From the NCBI GenBank assembly GCA_964355855.1, contig CAYHFD010000001.1, positions 9,921-73,920 of the forward strand: a stretch of 64,000 nucleotides of DNA, read 5' to 3'. The notes under the pieces were generated by a model. It was not told the origin of the DNA. It saw only the letters and a list, made by a program, of their open reading frames with translations, and did no database searches. The DNA comes from an uncultured Candidatus Saccharibacteria bacterium (GTDB lineage Bacteria > Patescibacteriota > Minisyncoccia > Phycocordibacterales > XYD1-FULL-46-19). Position numbers and translations under genes: made by a program. Shown in pieces: positions 1 to 10,089 of the stretch; within the stretch, counting starts at the first letter, position 1; each line of letters starts with the position of its first letter.

Positions 1-336
1 GTTGGCTAAAGCCCCTAGACACACCACGCGAATACCCTCCAGCAAAAAGCTATATATAGTATTAACCAGGCCAGCTGGACCAACCGATTCATAACCCTTC
101 ACAAAAATACCAGAATATTCATACTCACCTGGACCATCAATAATAAAAGGTTCTTTACCGCCACCGGTTAGACCAGTCACACCATTAAACAAATCATCAT
201 GACAACTAGAAATTGCCAAATCAGCCCCGAAACGAGCTGACTTATTGTTAGCACTTTTACCGATCGGATTTACCGCTACTACCGTGTCACCAAAAGAGAC
301 CTTCAAAAAAGCCTCACCATAATATGTGATAACCAT
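1..336 (-). CDS. MBL-fold metallo-hydrolase (partial, runs off window)
   Basis: Manual translation MVITYYGEAFLKVSFGDTVVAVNP...DLAISSCHDD...IIDGPGEYE, typical of the CPR Lactamase_B_3 family. Confidence 0.7.
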   Translation of the reverse strand, partial: MVITYYGEAFLKVSFGDTVVAVNPIGKSANNKSARFGADLAISSCHDDLFNGVTGLTGGGKEPFIIDGPGEYEYSGIFVKGYESVGPAGLVNTIYSFLLEGIRVVCLGALAN

Positions 337-544
337 TGGTTAATTATAGCAAAAAGTTAAACAAATTGAAAGCCTGGAGCTGACCATTTCACTGGTTGCC
401 AAAGGCTAATTTTTATGTAATACTTTGGCCTATTACCAGTCCTGTTATTGGTCAGGTGGCATAAAACCCAGATGTTTTGTCCCACTAAAACCAGCAGGGT
501 CCATGTCAATTAAACATTGAGTTGGGCTAATTCATAAAATAATA

Positions 545-1756
545 ATGAAAGAAAAGGATAATGTAGTCGATGGTTTAACGACCACGCCGATTGATGGTGG
601 AGTAAAAAGTAAAAGTTCGCCAGCCATGGAAGAGGTGGCCAGATTGTCTCTAGGCAAGCCTGCCCCCGAAACCCTAATTGATGGTCGAGTAATTTCCAAA
701 GAAAAAAAGGCTTTGTATGTAGATATTGCACCGTTTGGTACCGGTATAATTTTTGGGCGTGAATATCTAAATGCCCGCGATATTATCAAAAAAATAAGCC
801 TTGGTGACACGGTCACCGCCAAGGTGGTTGAGTCTGAAGGAGAAAATGGTTATATTGAGCTATCTCTAAAGGAAGCCAAGCAGGCTATTATGTGGGATGC
901 GGCTGAAAAGTCGATGAAGCATAAAGAAATGTTTTCTATTACAGTTAAAGAAGCCAATAAGGGCGGTTTGATTCTCGAGTGGCAAGGCATGGATGGTTTC
1001 GTCCCAGCTTCGCAACTAAAACCAGAGCACTATCCCCGCGTTCCCGATGGTGATAAGGACAAAATTGTTGGTGAACTAGAAAAATTGGTTGGTACTCAAA
1101 TTGAGGTCACAATTATTGGTATTGACCCGAAAGAGGGTAAACTTATCTTTTCTGAAAAAACAACCGACAATAAATCGCGCAAAGAAATTGTCGATAAATA
1201 TGTCGTCGGTGATGTTGTCGAGGGTGAAGTTACCGGCGCTGTCGATTTTGGAATTTTTATTAAAATTGAAGAAGGTTTAGAGGGTTTGGTGCACATTTCC
1301 GAATTAAACTGGTCATTAGTCGAAGACCCGCGCGACCTTTATAAAACTGGCGACAAGGTGCGAGCTAAAATTATCGAAGTTAAGGACGACAAAATCTCTC
1401 TTTCGGTCAAAGCCCTAAAACCAAACCCTTGGCACGAAGCCGAGAAAAAATGGAAACGGGGTGATGTGGTCTCTGGTATTGTTATTAAGTACAACAAACA
1501 CGGCGCACTGGTGGCTATTGAAGAGGGAGTGGCCGGTTTAATTCACATCTCTGAATTTACTGATGAAAATGACTTGCGAACCAAACTTGAACTAGGTAAA
1601 CCATATACTTTTACCATCAACTTGTTTGAGCCTAAAGATCAGCGCATGACTTTAGTGTTTGGTGATAAACAAAAAGAAGTGCTGGCTACTCCAGAAAAAC
1701 CAAAAACTAGAAGTCGCGTCAAAAAAGAAGAGCCGGCGACAACGGAAGCTAAGTAA
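545..1756 (+). CDS. rpsA: 30S ribosomal protein S1
   Basis: Four S1 repeats (GFVPASQL, EGLVHISEL, GLIHISEF). Confidence 0.9.
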   Translation: MKEKDNVVDGLTTTPIDGGVKSKSSPAMEEVARLSLGKPAPETLIDGRVISKEKKALYVDIAPFGTGIIFGREYLNARDIIKKISLGDTVTAKVVESEGENGYIELSLKEAKQAIMWDAAEKSMKHKEMFSITVKEANKGGLILEWQGMDGFVPASQLKPEHYPRVPDGDKDKIVGELEKLVGTQIEVTIIGIDPKEGKLIFSEKTTDNKSRKEIVDKYVVGDVVEGEVTGAVDFGIFIKIEEGLEGLVHISELNWSLVEDPRDLYKTGDKVRAKIIEVKDDKISLSVKALKPNPWHEAEKKWKRGDVVSGIVIKYNKHGALVAIEEGVAGLIHISEFTDENDLRTKLELGKPYTFTINLFEPKDQRMTLVFGDKQKEVLATPEKPKTRSRVKKEEPATTEAK

Positions 1757-1768
1757 TAAGAGCCTTCC

Positions 1769-1805
1769 CCCAAAAAACCCGCTTAGATAATGGCGGGTTT
1801 TTTGG
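1769..1805. terminator. Bidirectional intrinsic terminator between rpsA and pth
   Basis: ccaaaaaacccgc-loop-gcgggttttttgg. Confidence 0.8.
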
Positions 1806-1813
1806 TGGGACAA

Positions 1814-2431
1814 CTAGTGATTATATTTATTCATCGCCAGCGCTAGCCCCTCGCGAACAATTGTTTCAATAATTAATGGCAATTTGTCCTTACTTTTATC
1901 AACTAATAACTTTTCATTTGGGGTAAAAGATTCTAAAACATGTTGGGTAATAGCTTTAGTATCCCGACCAACACCCAAACGGACGCGAACAAAATCTTTG
2001 GTTCCAATTGCATTTATGATGGAACTCACACCATTGTGTCCACCCGCTCCCCGATCTTGTGATAACCGAACTGTGCCAACCGGCAAATCAATATCATCGT
2101 GCACCACTATTAGTTGCGGTAATTTAGCTTGATAACGCAAATATTTTCTAACACTTTGGCCCGATAAATTCATAAAAGTTTGGGGTAATATTAGTGTTAC
2201 CATTTTGCCAGCCACTACGCCTTGAGAAATCAAAGCCTCGGCCTTGCGATTCTCTGTCCACTCGGAAAAATTAGAATTTTTGGCCTGCACCCTAAAGACG
2301 GCCTCTCTTCCGGTATTATGTCTAGTTTTTTCGTATTTTTTACCCGGATTTCCTAGACCAATCACCAAACAAGAAGGTCCCGTGGACTCGGTTTCTTCTT
2401 TTTGTCCCCAAATTTTTTGCCAAATATTCAT
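1814..2431 (-). CDS. pth: Peptidyl-tRNA hydrolase
   Basis: GLGNPG..Y..TRHN, PQTFMNLSG, HDDID, GGHNG motifs; start placed at MNIWQK. Confidence 0.93.
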   Translation of the reverse strand: MNIWQKIWGQKEETESTGPSCLVIGLGNPGKKYEKTRHNTGREAVFRVQAKNSNFSEWTENRKAEALISQGVVAGKMVTLILPQTFMNLSGQSVRKYLRYQAKLPQLIVVHDDIDLPVGTVRLSQDRGAGGHNGVSSIINAIGTKDFVRVRLGVGRDTKAITQHVLESFTPNEKLLVDKSKDKLPLIIETIVREGLALAMNKYNH

Positions 2432-2533
2432 GTCTATAAGTAAGATTAAATTATACGATTTTTGTGAAGTTGCGTCAAAGTATAGTTTATAGTACAATTA
2501 CCCCACTTTGCAACTAATTTAGTCATATTTTAC

Positions 2534-3100
2534 ATGCCAGAAAACAACAAACAGACAGTTTTTGACATTATTCGTTTTGCTCTTATCACCCTTATTATTG
2601 TTATCCCTGTTCGAGCCTATGTGGCCCAGCCTTTTATTGTCTCTGGGGTGTCGATGGACCCCACTTTCGAGAATGGTGAGTATTTAATCGTCGATGAATT
2701 TTCTTATCACTTTCGAACGCCTGAACGAGGCGAGGTAATAGTTTTTCGTTACCCCAAAGACCCATCTAAATTTTTTATTAAACGGGTTATTGGTCTGCCG
2801 GGGGAAACAGTGGAAATTGAAAATGACCACGTGTCAGTTGTTGGCACAAACAATGTTGATGTTGTCCTAGACGAACCCTATCTTACTGTCCCTCCTTTAT
2901 ATGTTCCCAAATCTATAAAGCTTGGTGCAACAGAATATTTTGTGATGGGCGACAACCGCAGTATGAGTCTCGACTCTCGTTCGTGGGGCCCAGTCACCAT
3001 TCAACATATCAAGGGTCGAGTGGGAGTAAGACTTTTTCCCATCACTGAGGCCGAAATTTTACCAGGTGACTACAGTAATCAGATTAAAACCACAAAATAA
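2534..3100 (+). CDS. lepB: Signal peptidase I
   Basis: SGVSMDPT, FIKRVIGLPG, GDNR..SLDSR. Confidence 0.93.
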   Translation: MPENNKQTVFDIIRFALITLIIVIPVRAYVAQPFIVSGVSMDPTFENGEYLIVDEFSYHFRTPERGEVIVFRYPKDPSKFFIKRVIGLPGETVEIENDHVSVVGTNNVDVVLDEPYLTVPPLYVPKSIKLGATEYFVMGDNRSMSLDSRSWGPVTIQHIKGRVGVRLFPITEAEILPGDYSNQIKTTK

Positions 3101-3101
3101 T

Positions 3102-4406
3102 ATGCCTACCAGCAAAAAAGGCGTGGGATCAAATAAGGAAGAACTGCAAAGCCCTAAAGGTATGAGGGATTTAATTGGCAATGATCTTTTACACTACCAA
3201 GGTTTTTTTGAAAAGGCCGCCGAAATTGCTTTATATTATGGCTTTACCCCTATTGAAACTCCAATCCTTGAAAAAGAGTCGCTATTTATTCGTGGCGTTG
3301 GTGATGGTACCGATATTGTCGACAAAGAAATGTACACCCTAAAAACTCGCGGGGGCGATCGCTTGGCTCTGCGACCAGAATTTACCGCTTCGGTTATGCG
3401 CGCCTATTTTGAACACGGTATGCAATCTAAACCTCAACCGGTCATGCTTTATAGTCACGGACCGCTCTTTCGTCATGACAACCCCCAACGTGGTCGCTAT
3501 CGCCAACTCTACCAATTTAATTTAGAAATACTTGGCAGTAAAAAAAGTATCGCCGATGCAACTATTATAAAAATAGCTTCGCTTATTCTAACTGAAGTTG
3601 GCCTAAAAAATCACACTGTTCTTATAAATAGCATCGGCGACAAAGAATCCCAAATTGCTTACCGGCGTGAACTTGTGGCCTACTATCGTAAACACACCAA
3701 AACTATTTGTGCTGACTGCCGTGAACGTCTAAAGATCAATCCCCTCCGTTTATTGGATTGTAAAAACCCCAAATGTGCTGAAATTAAAAATGAAGCACCG
3801 GAAACTATCGCCTACCTTTCCACGGAAAGCAAAGCCCATTTCAAAGAAGTTTTGGAATATCTAGATTCAATGGAAATAAATTACACTATTTCCAGCACCT
3901 TGGTTCGGGGACTCGATTATTACACCCACACTGTTTTTGAAATAGTACCAGAAACGACTGGCGACGAAACACCTTTATCTTTAGGTGGTGGTGGTCGCTA
4001 TGACTATCTAGGTAAAATCCTATCCGGTAAAAAAGATGTTCCCGGTATGGGTATGGCCATTGGGGTTGATCGAGTTATGGAAACCCCGGGTTATTCTTTT
4101 CCCACCCCACGGATTGTTAAAAAACCTAAAGTATTTTTCATTCAGTTGTCGTTTGACGCCAAACTACGTTGTTTTGAAATTATTGAGATATTACGCAAAG
4201 CCAAAATACCTATCGCCCAATCTTTGACCAAAGATTCCCTATCAGCCCAACTTGGCACAGCCGAAAAATTGGGGGTAGCTTACGCTTTGATTTTGGGTCA
4301 AAAAGAGGCCCTAGAAGGCACTGTGATTGTCCGTAACATGGATACCCGCTCTCAAGATACAATTAAAATGGACAAATTGGCTGACTACCTAAAAAAAATA
4401 AAATAG
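3102..4406 (+). CDS. hisS: Histidine--tRNA ligase
   Basis: PKGMRD, LRPEFTA, PQRGRYRQ, LVRGLDYY, GGGRYD. Confidence 0.95.
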   Translation: MPTSKKGVGSNKEELQSPKGMRDLIGNDLLHYQGFFEKAAEIALYYGFTPIETPILEKESLFIRGVGDGTDIVDKEMYTLKTRGGDRLALRPEFTASVMRAYFEHGMQSKPQPVMLYSHGPLFRHDNPQRGRYRQLYQFNLEILGSKKSIADATIIKIASLILTEVGLKNHTVLINSIGDKESQIAYRRELVAYYRKHTKTICADCRERLKINPLRLLDCKNPKCAEIKNEAPETIAYLSTESKAHFKEVLEYLDSMEINYTISSTLVRGLDYYTHTVFEIVPETTGDETPLSLGGGGRYDYLGKILSGKKDVPGMGMAIGVDRVMETPGYSFPTPRIVKKPKVFFIQLSFDAKLRCFEIIEILRKAKIPIAQSLTKDSLSAQLGTAEKLGVAYALILGQKEALEGTVIVRNMDTRSQDTIKMDKLADYLKKIK

Positions 4407-4446
4407 TCTTGCGTGTTTTTTATTCGTGTGCTAAACTCAGCGACAC

Positions 4447-4683
4447 ATGGTTATTGTACAAGTTGAAAAAAATTCCAGCGAATCTAATGCTAGCCTCTTG
4501 CGACGGTTTTCTAAACGCGTCAAAAGTTTGGGCCATCTCCAGCTCGTTCGGACCATCCGTTACTCCAGTCGAGTTAAATCGGACCTGAAAAAAAAGCAAG
4601 ATAAACTAAAGCGCATCGCTAAATATCAAAAACTCCAACTAGACAAAAAGCACGGTAAAATCAAAGATGCTTTCTATCGCTAA
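4447..4683 (+). CDS. rpsU: Divergent 30S ribosomal protein S21-like
   Basis: Small basic protein with ES..SLLRRFSKRV; hisS-rpsU-ybeY context. Confidence 0.6.
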   Translation: MVIVQVEKNSSESNASLLRRFSKRVKSLGHLQLVRTIRYSSRVKSDLKKKQDKLKRIAKYQKLQLDKKHGKIKDAFYR

Positions 4684-5068
4684 CAAGACAAGGCAGCCCC
4701 TACCCCGGCTGCCTTTTACCGACATTGCCGACCAAACTGCTGGAAAAAACTACATTTTAAGTTTAGTGTTTGTCGGTAGTACCACCGCCAAAAAACTAAA
4801 TCAGACTTACCGCCAAAAAAATTATATTCCAAATGTTTTGTCTTTCCCTTTGTCTAAAAATGAGGGCGAGATTTTTTTAAATCTTGCTTGTGCTAAACGA
4901 GAATATAAAAATTATGGATTATCTTACAAGAAATATATAGCTTATCTCTTTATTCACGGCCTACTTCATTTGAAAGGATACTCACATGGTAGTACAATGG
5001 ACATTAAGGAGCGTTCATTAATACAGCGCTTTCATCTTAATGACCAGAAACATCGTCACCGGCCTTGA
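4667..5068 (+). CDS. ybeY: rRNA maturation endoribonuclease YbeY
   Basis: LN..YR, NVLSF, HGLLHLKGYSH. Confidence 0.9.
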   Translation: MLSIANKTRQPLPRLPFTDIADQTAGKNYILSLVFVGSTTAKKLNQTYRQKNYIPNVLSFPLSKNEGEIFLNLACAKREYKNYGLSYKKYIAYLFIHGLLHLKGYSHGSTMDIKERSLIQRFHLNDQKHRHRP

Positions 5069-6203
5069 TATTGGAACTGCCAGCATTAGGATTGTGGTCT
5101 GTGAATACAAAAACGGAAGCGCTGTGCCACAAGTCCTAGCCCTAGTTAAAAAAAATTCCCGCGGTCTTCGCCGTGGTTATATTTTGCAGTTTGACGAAGC
5201 GGTCGCGAGTATTAAAGAAGCCCTACAAGAAGCAGAGAGAGTGGCTGGTTGTAAAATTAAACAGGTTATCCTTGGTGTTGGCGGTGCCACCCTTGAATCA
5301 AAAATTATTGAGGGAGGGGTTATTGTCTCACGGGCCGATTCAGAAATAAACACCAATGATATTAATCGAGCCATTGAAGCCAGTGAAGCCGGCCTACCAG
5401 ATACCGCCAACAAGTCTATTATTCACCGTGTTCCAATTGCTTTTAAACTTGACGGTAAACGAGTCACCGGTAGACCAGAGGGACTAAAAGGTTCTAAACT
5501 AGAAGCCCAAATTTTGTTTGTAACTTATGCGTCAAACCATTTACGTGATTTTATTTCGGCGGTAGAAAGCGCTGGGGCCAGGGTGGATGATATCGCGGCC
5601 GCTCCTTTAGCTGCTAGTCTAGCTATCACCACTAAACTACAAAAAACCGCTGGCTGCGTGCTAGCTAATATTGGTTCGCAAACAACCTCTATTATAATTT
5701 TTGAAGAGGGTTTACCTCTTTCTTTAAAAGTATTTCCTATTGGTTCGACCGATATCACCAACGACATCGCCTTGGGCTTTCAAATTCCCCTCGAAGACGC
5801 TGAAAAAGTAAAAATAGGAGACATTGACGCCTCTATTCCCCAAAAAAAATTAGATGAAATTATTGAAGCCCGCTTGTCAGATATTTTTGAATTTATCGAA
5901 AATCATTTGAAAAGGTTGGGCCGCAACGGACTCCTCCCGGCTGGTATTATTATTACCGGCGGTGGGTCCGGTATTACCGAAATTGAACAGTTAGCTAAAG
6001 ATTATTTTAAACTCCCCGCCCGAGTCTCTATCCCAGCCGTGTCCACTGCCTCCAGAAACCAAATTCGCGAAACCGCTTGGTCGGTGGCTTATGGTCTCTG
6101 TTTGTTTGGGGCCGATTTTGAGGCCGAAGAATCATTGGGTCTGAAAATTGCTAAAACCACGAGACTAAACATCCTAAGGTGGATCAAAGAACTTTTGCCT
6201 TAA
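5040..6203 (+). CDS. ftsA: Cell division protein FtsA
   Basis: GLDIGT, NIGSQTT, ITNDIA, ITGGGS; adjacent to ftsZ. Confidence 0.92.
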   Translation: MTRNIVTGLDIGTASIRIVVCEYKNGSAVPQVLALVKKNSRGLRRGYILQFDEAVASIKEALQEAERVAGCKIKQVILGVGGATLESKIIEGGVIVSRADSEINTNDINRAIEASEAGLPDTANKSIIHRVPIAFKLDGKRVTGRPEGLKGSKLEAQILFVTYASNHLRDFISAVESAGARVDDIAAAPLAASLAITTKLQKTAGCVLANIGSQTTSIIIFEEGLPLSLKVFPIGSTDITNDIALGFQIPLEDAEKVKIGDIDASIPQKKLDEIIEARLSDIFEFIENHLKRLGRNGLLPAGIIITGGGSGITEIEQLAKDYFKLPARVSIPAVSTASRNQIRETAWSVAYGLCLFGADFEAEESLGLKIAKTTRLNILRWIKELLP

Positions 6204-6308
6204 ATTATATCCTTTGCCGACCAAAAAACCCGCTTTTTTTAATGGTTTGCTTTTTTAGTAGAGTTTGTTAACATTGAAACTATATTTCACTAAATAACCG
6301 ACTTTTTC

Positions 6309-7478
6309 ATGGCCAAAATTCAACCGGAAATCGAAGCATTTGCCCGCATTAAAGTTATTGGGGTTGGTGGTTCTGGTACCAATGCAGTCAACCACATGGT
6401 CAACGCCAAGGTACGTGGTGTCGAATTTGTCGCTATGAACACTGACGCCCAGCATCTGCACGCTTCGGTTTCTCAAAAAAAGGTTCACATTGGTAAAAAC
6501 TTAACTCGTGGTCTGGGTACTGGTATGGATCCAGAAATCGGTCGTAAGGCCGCCGAAGAAAGTTTAGAGGATATTCAAAATGTCATCAAGGGGGCCGATA
6601 TGGTGTTTGTTTCTGGTGGTCTTGGAGGTGGTACTGGCACCGGTGCCATGCCCGTCATTGCTCGCACCGCTAAAGAACAGGGTGCATTAACAGTGGCCGT
6701 AGTCACCAAACCTTTTATTTTTGAGGGTAAACATCGCATGGCCCTAGCTGAACGCGGTATGTTGGAACTGCAAAAAGAGGTTGACGCAGTAATCGTTATC
6801 CCTAACGACCGCCTTTTAGGCATAATTTCCAAAGACACCACTGCCGAGCACGCTTTTGCGATGTGTGATGAAATTTTGCGCCAAGCCGTCGAGGGTATTT
6901 CGAATATTATAACCATTCCGGGTATTATTAATGTTGATTTCGCCGACATTCGAGCTATTATGCAAAATGCTGGCTCCGCCCTTATGGGTATTGGCAATGC
7001 TTCTGGAGAAAACCGCGCTGTCGAGGCCGCTCGCAATGCCATCAACTCGCCTCTCTTAGACCTATCGGTGGACGGTGCCAAAGGTGTACTGTTTACCATT
7101 GCCGGTGGTTCTGATATGACAATGTTTGAAATTCAAGAAGCCGCCAAAGTTATTACCGAATCGATTGATCCTGACGCCAAAGTTATTTTTGGTGCTATTC
7201 ATGACGACAAACTCAAAAAATCAGAGATTAGAGTTACGGTTATTGCTTGCGGTTTTCCCGAATCACAGAAAAAGAAAGGTGGCTTGTTTGGTTTTGATTC
7301 AAATAACAAAGAGACCGAAGTCGCCAAGGAACGTTCAAATGGTGTTCCACCCTCAACAACCCTGCGCCAGACACCTCCTCGTACCCAGGTAATTGAGCCC
7401 GAGAATCAATCTGATGGCGACGACGAAGACGATTGGTCATCTATCCCCGCTTTTTTAAGACGAGGAAATAAAAAATAG
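6309..7478 (+). CDS. ftsZ: Cell division protein FtsZ
   Basis: GGGTGTG, INVDFAD, C-terminal IPAFLRR. Confidence 0.98.
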   Translation: MAKIQPEIEAFARIKVIGVGGSGTNAVNHMVNAKVRGVEFVAMNTDAQHLHASVSQKKVHIGKNLTRGLGTGMDPEIGRKAAEESLEDIQNVIKGADMVFVSGGLGGGTGTGAMPVIARTAKEQGALTVAVVTKPFIFEGKHRMALAERGMLELQKEVDAVIVIPNDRLLGIISKDTTAEHAFAMCDEILRQAVEGISNIITIPGIINVDFADIRAIMQNAGSALMGIGNASGENRAVEAARNAINSPLLDLSVDGAKGVLFTIAGGSDMTMFEIQEAAKVITESIDPDAKVIFGAIHDDKLKKSEIRVTVIACGFPESQKKKGGLFGFDSNNKETEVAKERSNGVPPSTTLRQTPPRTQVIEPENQSDGDDEDDWSSIPAFLRRGNKK

Positions 7479-7554
7479 GAATTAGTATTTAGTATATTGT
7501 ATTTAGGATAATTGGAATTTCATACTATATACTCTATACTACATACATATTTTT

Positions 7555-8487
7555 ATGACCTACGACCTCATCATCATCGGGGGCGGACCCGCGGGAGTTT
7601 CGGCTGGGGTATATTCGGCCCGTAAAAAACTAACCACTTTAGTTCTCACTCCCGACTTTGGCGGTCAATCGGCTGTCTCCCCCGATATTCACAACTGGAT
7701 CGGTACCAAGTCTATTTCGGGAACCGACTTGGCTAAATCACTAGAAAACCATTTGCGGGCCTACGAAGGCCCGGATTGTGTCATTCAGACCGGTCAGGCC
7801 GGCCGAGTGGTTGGTCTAGACAAGTCTGATAATATCTTTGTCGTCAAAACAGAGGACGGCCAAAGTACCGAGGGCAAAGCGGTACTAATCACTGCCGGCT
7901 CCATTCGCCGTAAGCTAGCTGTCCCCGGGGCAAGCGAATACGACCAAAAGGGTCTTACCTACTGTGCCACCTGTGATGGCCCGCTGTTTGCCGACCAAGA
8001 TGTCGTCGTGATTGGCGGGGGCAATGCTGGTTTTGAATCGGCCGCTCAACTCTTGGCCTATTGTAAATCGGTCACCCTGCTTCATAAAAATGCCGACTTT
8101 AAAGCTGACAAAATTACCGTGGACAAAGTTTTGGCCAATCCGAAGATGACTGGCATTTTAAATACCGAGATTGTGGAAGTTAAGGGGGACAAATTTGTTA
8201 CCGGCTTGGTTTATAAAGACAAAATTAGTGGTGAAATCAAAGAACTACCCGTCACTGGTATTTTTGTCGAAATTGGTTTTATGCCCAATACGGCCTTTGC
8301 CAAAGATATTTTAGCCACCAACGATTTTGGCGCCATCAAAATCGACGCCCGCAATCAAAGAGCGACGACCGACGGTATCTGGGCCGCCGGTGACTGTACC
8401 GACGCCCTGTACCACCAAAACAATATTGCCGCCGGTGACGCTGTAAAAGCCGTTGAAGATGCCTACCGCTGGTTGCATTTGAAATAA
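7555..8487 (+). CDS. trxB: Thioredoxin reductase (AhpF-like)
   Basis: GGGPAG, CATCDG, GGGNAG, WAAGD. Confidence 0.88.
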   Translation: MTYDLIIIGGGPAGVSAGVYSARKKLTTLVLTPDFGGQSAVSPDIHNWIGTKSISGTDLAKSLENHLRAYEGPDCVIQTGQAGRVVGLDKSDNIFVVKTEDGQSTEGKAVLITAGSIRRKLAVPGASEYDQKGLTYCATCDGPLFADQDVVVIGGGNAGFESAAQLLAYCKSVTLLHKNADFKADKITVDKVLANPKMTGILNTEIVEVKGDKFVTGLVYKDKISGEIKELPVTGIFVEIGFMPNTAFAKDILATNDFGAIKIDARNQRATTDGIWAAGDCTDALYHQNNIAAGDAVKAVEDAYRWLHLK

Positions 8488-8533
8488 AGCATCCTCGACT
8501 TGCAACTCAAAATTTGCTAAATTTTACATGTTC

Positions 8534-8610
8534 GGGCGATTAGCTCAGTTGGCTAGAGCGCAGTCTTGACGTGACTGAGGCCACAGGTTCGAGCCCTGTA
8601 TCGCCCACCA
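8534..8610 (+). tRNA. tRNA-Val(GAC)
   Basis: Cloverleaf; anticodon arm cagtc-ttGACgt-gactg; GGTTCGAG; encoded CCA. Confidence 0.95.
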
Positions 8611-8624
8611 AACGAAAAACTACA

Positions 8625-8948
8625 ATGAGATTACCCCTTACATATTTTCTGTTACTACCGATTCTTTTTCTCTGTATCGCTTTTGGTGGTAAATACGCCA
8701 TTTTTGTTTTCCTCACACTAGTTTTTCTATTATTTTTAATAGAGGTTAAGGTGAAATATGGAACTTTTACAAAAAAGAACATTATAAAATTCTTTAATAC
8801 CCCAATTATACAAAAAGGTTTTGACGGCGAGACAGTTATCGATAAAAGTCCAAGGGTTTCAATGTTGACAGGTATATTACTTATCTTGGGTGGTACGATA
8901 TTGGTTGTAATCATCCTAACCCTCATTTTCTGGTTTCTTCTTGCGTAG
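8625..8948 (+). CDS. Small membrane protein (107 aa) inserted in the loop of the tRNA-Val hairpin
   Basis: Hydrophobic ORF from ATG 8625; flanked by caatgaga direct repeats. Confidence 0.6.
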   Translation: MRLPLTYFLLLPILFLCIAFGGKYAIFVFLTLVFLLFLIEVKVKYGTFTKKNIIKFFNTPIIQKGFDGETVIDKSPRVSMLTGILLILGGTILVVIILTLIFWFLLA

Positions 8949-9122
8949 TTCAAATCCTTAGGTTTTATTTCTGCCTATGGATCAATGAGAAGCATTGTAG
9001 TTTTTTTGCGTTTGTGTGTGCAATAGAGGAGTCGAAGCCAGATTGAAATATTTTATGAGCTTTTGAAATAAAATATCCAATATGAGTACTGGTCGTGTAG
9101 GGACCGAACCCTCTACCACCCG

Positions 9123-9614
9123 CTATTTCAAATAACTATCAAACCAGACCGCGTGGCAGGTGTAGCCACCCGGGTTTTTCTGCAGATAATCTTGATGGTG
9201 GGCTTCCGCTGGGTAGAATTTAGTCAACGGCTCCAAAGTGGTCACCACCGGCCCCGACCAGCGACCAGACTTGTTGACGATATCAATAAATTTTTCGGCT
9301 TCACTTTTTTCTTCATCACTCCCATAAAATATCGCCGAGCGGTAGGAACTGCCTTTATCATTTCCCTGTTGATTTAAAGTGGTTGGATTATGCACCCGAA
9401 AAAAGAAGTCGAGTAAGTTTTTATACGAAGTCTGGGTCAGGTCATATTCTATCTCCACTGCTTCAGCGTGGCCGGTGTGGTTTTGATAGGTCGGATTGGC
9501 CACACTACCTCCGGTATAACCTACTTCAGTATTAATAACCCCTGGTTCTTTTCGAATCAGTTCCTCTAGGCCCCAAAAGCAACCACCCGCCAAAACTATT
9601 TTTTTATTATTCAT
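9123..9614 (-). CDS. msrA: Peptide methionine sulfoxide reductase A
   Basis: GGCFWG, GHAEAV, AEAHHQDY. Confidence 0.95.
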   Translation of the reverse strand: MNNKKIVLAGGCFWGLEELIRKEPGVINTEVGYTGGSVANPTYQNHTGHAEAVEIEYDLTQTSYKNLLDFFFRVHNPTTLNQQGNDKGSSYRSAIFYGSDEEKSEAEKFIDIVNKSGRWSGPVVTTLEPLTKFYPAEAHHQDYLQKNPGGYTCHAVWFDSYLK

Positions 9615-9631
9615 ATTATTTACCCATTTCC

Positions 9632-9662
9632 TTATTCTCCTATTCGCGCGAATTAGAGATAT
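9632..9662 (+). repeat. Palindromic repeat copy 1 (TTATTCTCCTATTCGCGCGAATTAGAGATAT)
   Basis: 31/31 identical to 62970-63000; 23-bp core also at 61351 and 61659. Confidence 0.9.
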
Positions 9663-10038
9663 CTTTGACCGAGATATTCTTAGTCACACCCGCTATAAAT
9701 TTCAGCGAAATCGAGTTCACACAATGGCGGATATTTTTGGCGGTTAGATTTTCACCGGTAAACACGTGGCCGAGGTGACCACCACACTTGGCGCAGGTAA
9801 TCTCGGTCCGCCGGCCATCGGCATCAACACTTTTTATTACCGCTCCCGCAATTTCATCATCAAAACTGGGCCAGCCACAATGTGACTCAAATTTATCTTG
9901 CGAATTATAAAGTGGCGCTTCACACTGCCGGCACACATACACCCCCGTGGCTTTATTATTAACATATTCACCCGTAAAAGCCGGCTCAGTGCCTTTATCA
10001 ATGATGACGTGTTTTTCTTGGGAGGTGAGGGGGTGCAT
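9640..10038 (-). CDS. msrB: Peptide methionine sulfoxide reductase B
   Basis: GTEPAF, CGWPSF, HLGHVF, RHCVNS. Confidence 0.95.
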   Translation of the reverse strand: MHPLTSQEKHVIIDKGTEPAFTGEYVNNKATGVYVCRQCEAPLYNSQDKFESHCGWPSFDDEIAGAVIKSVDADGRRTEITCAKCGGHLGHVFTGENLTAKNIRHCVNSISLKFIAGVTKNISVKDISNSRE

Positions 10039-10089
10039 GGTTCGAATTATGTTAGGTTGGTGGAATTAAAAGATAATAATTAAAACTTT

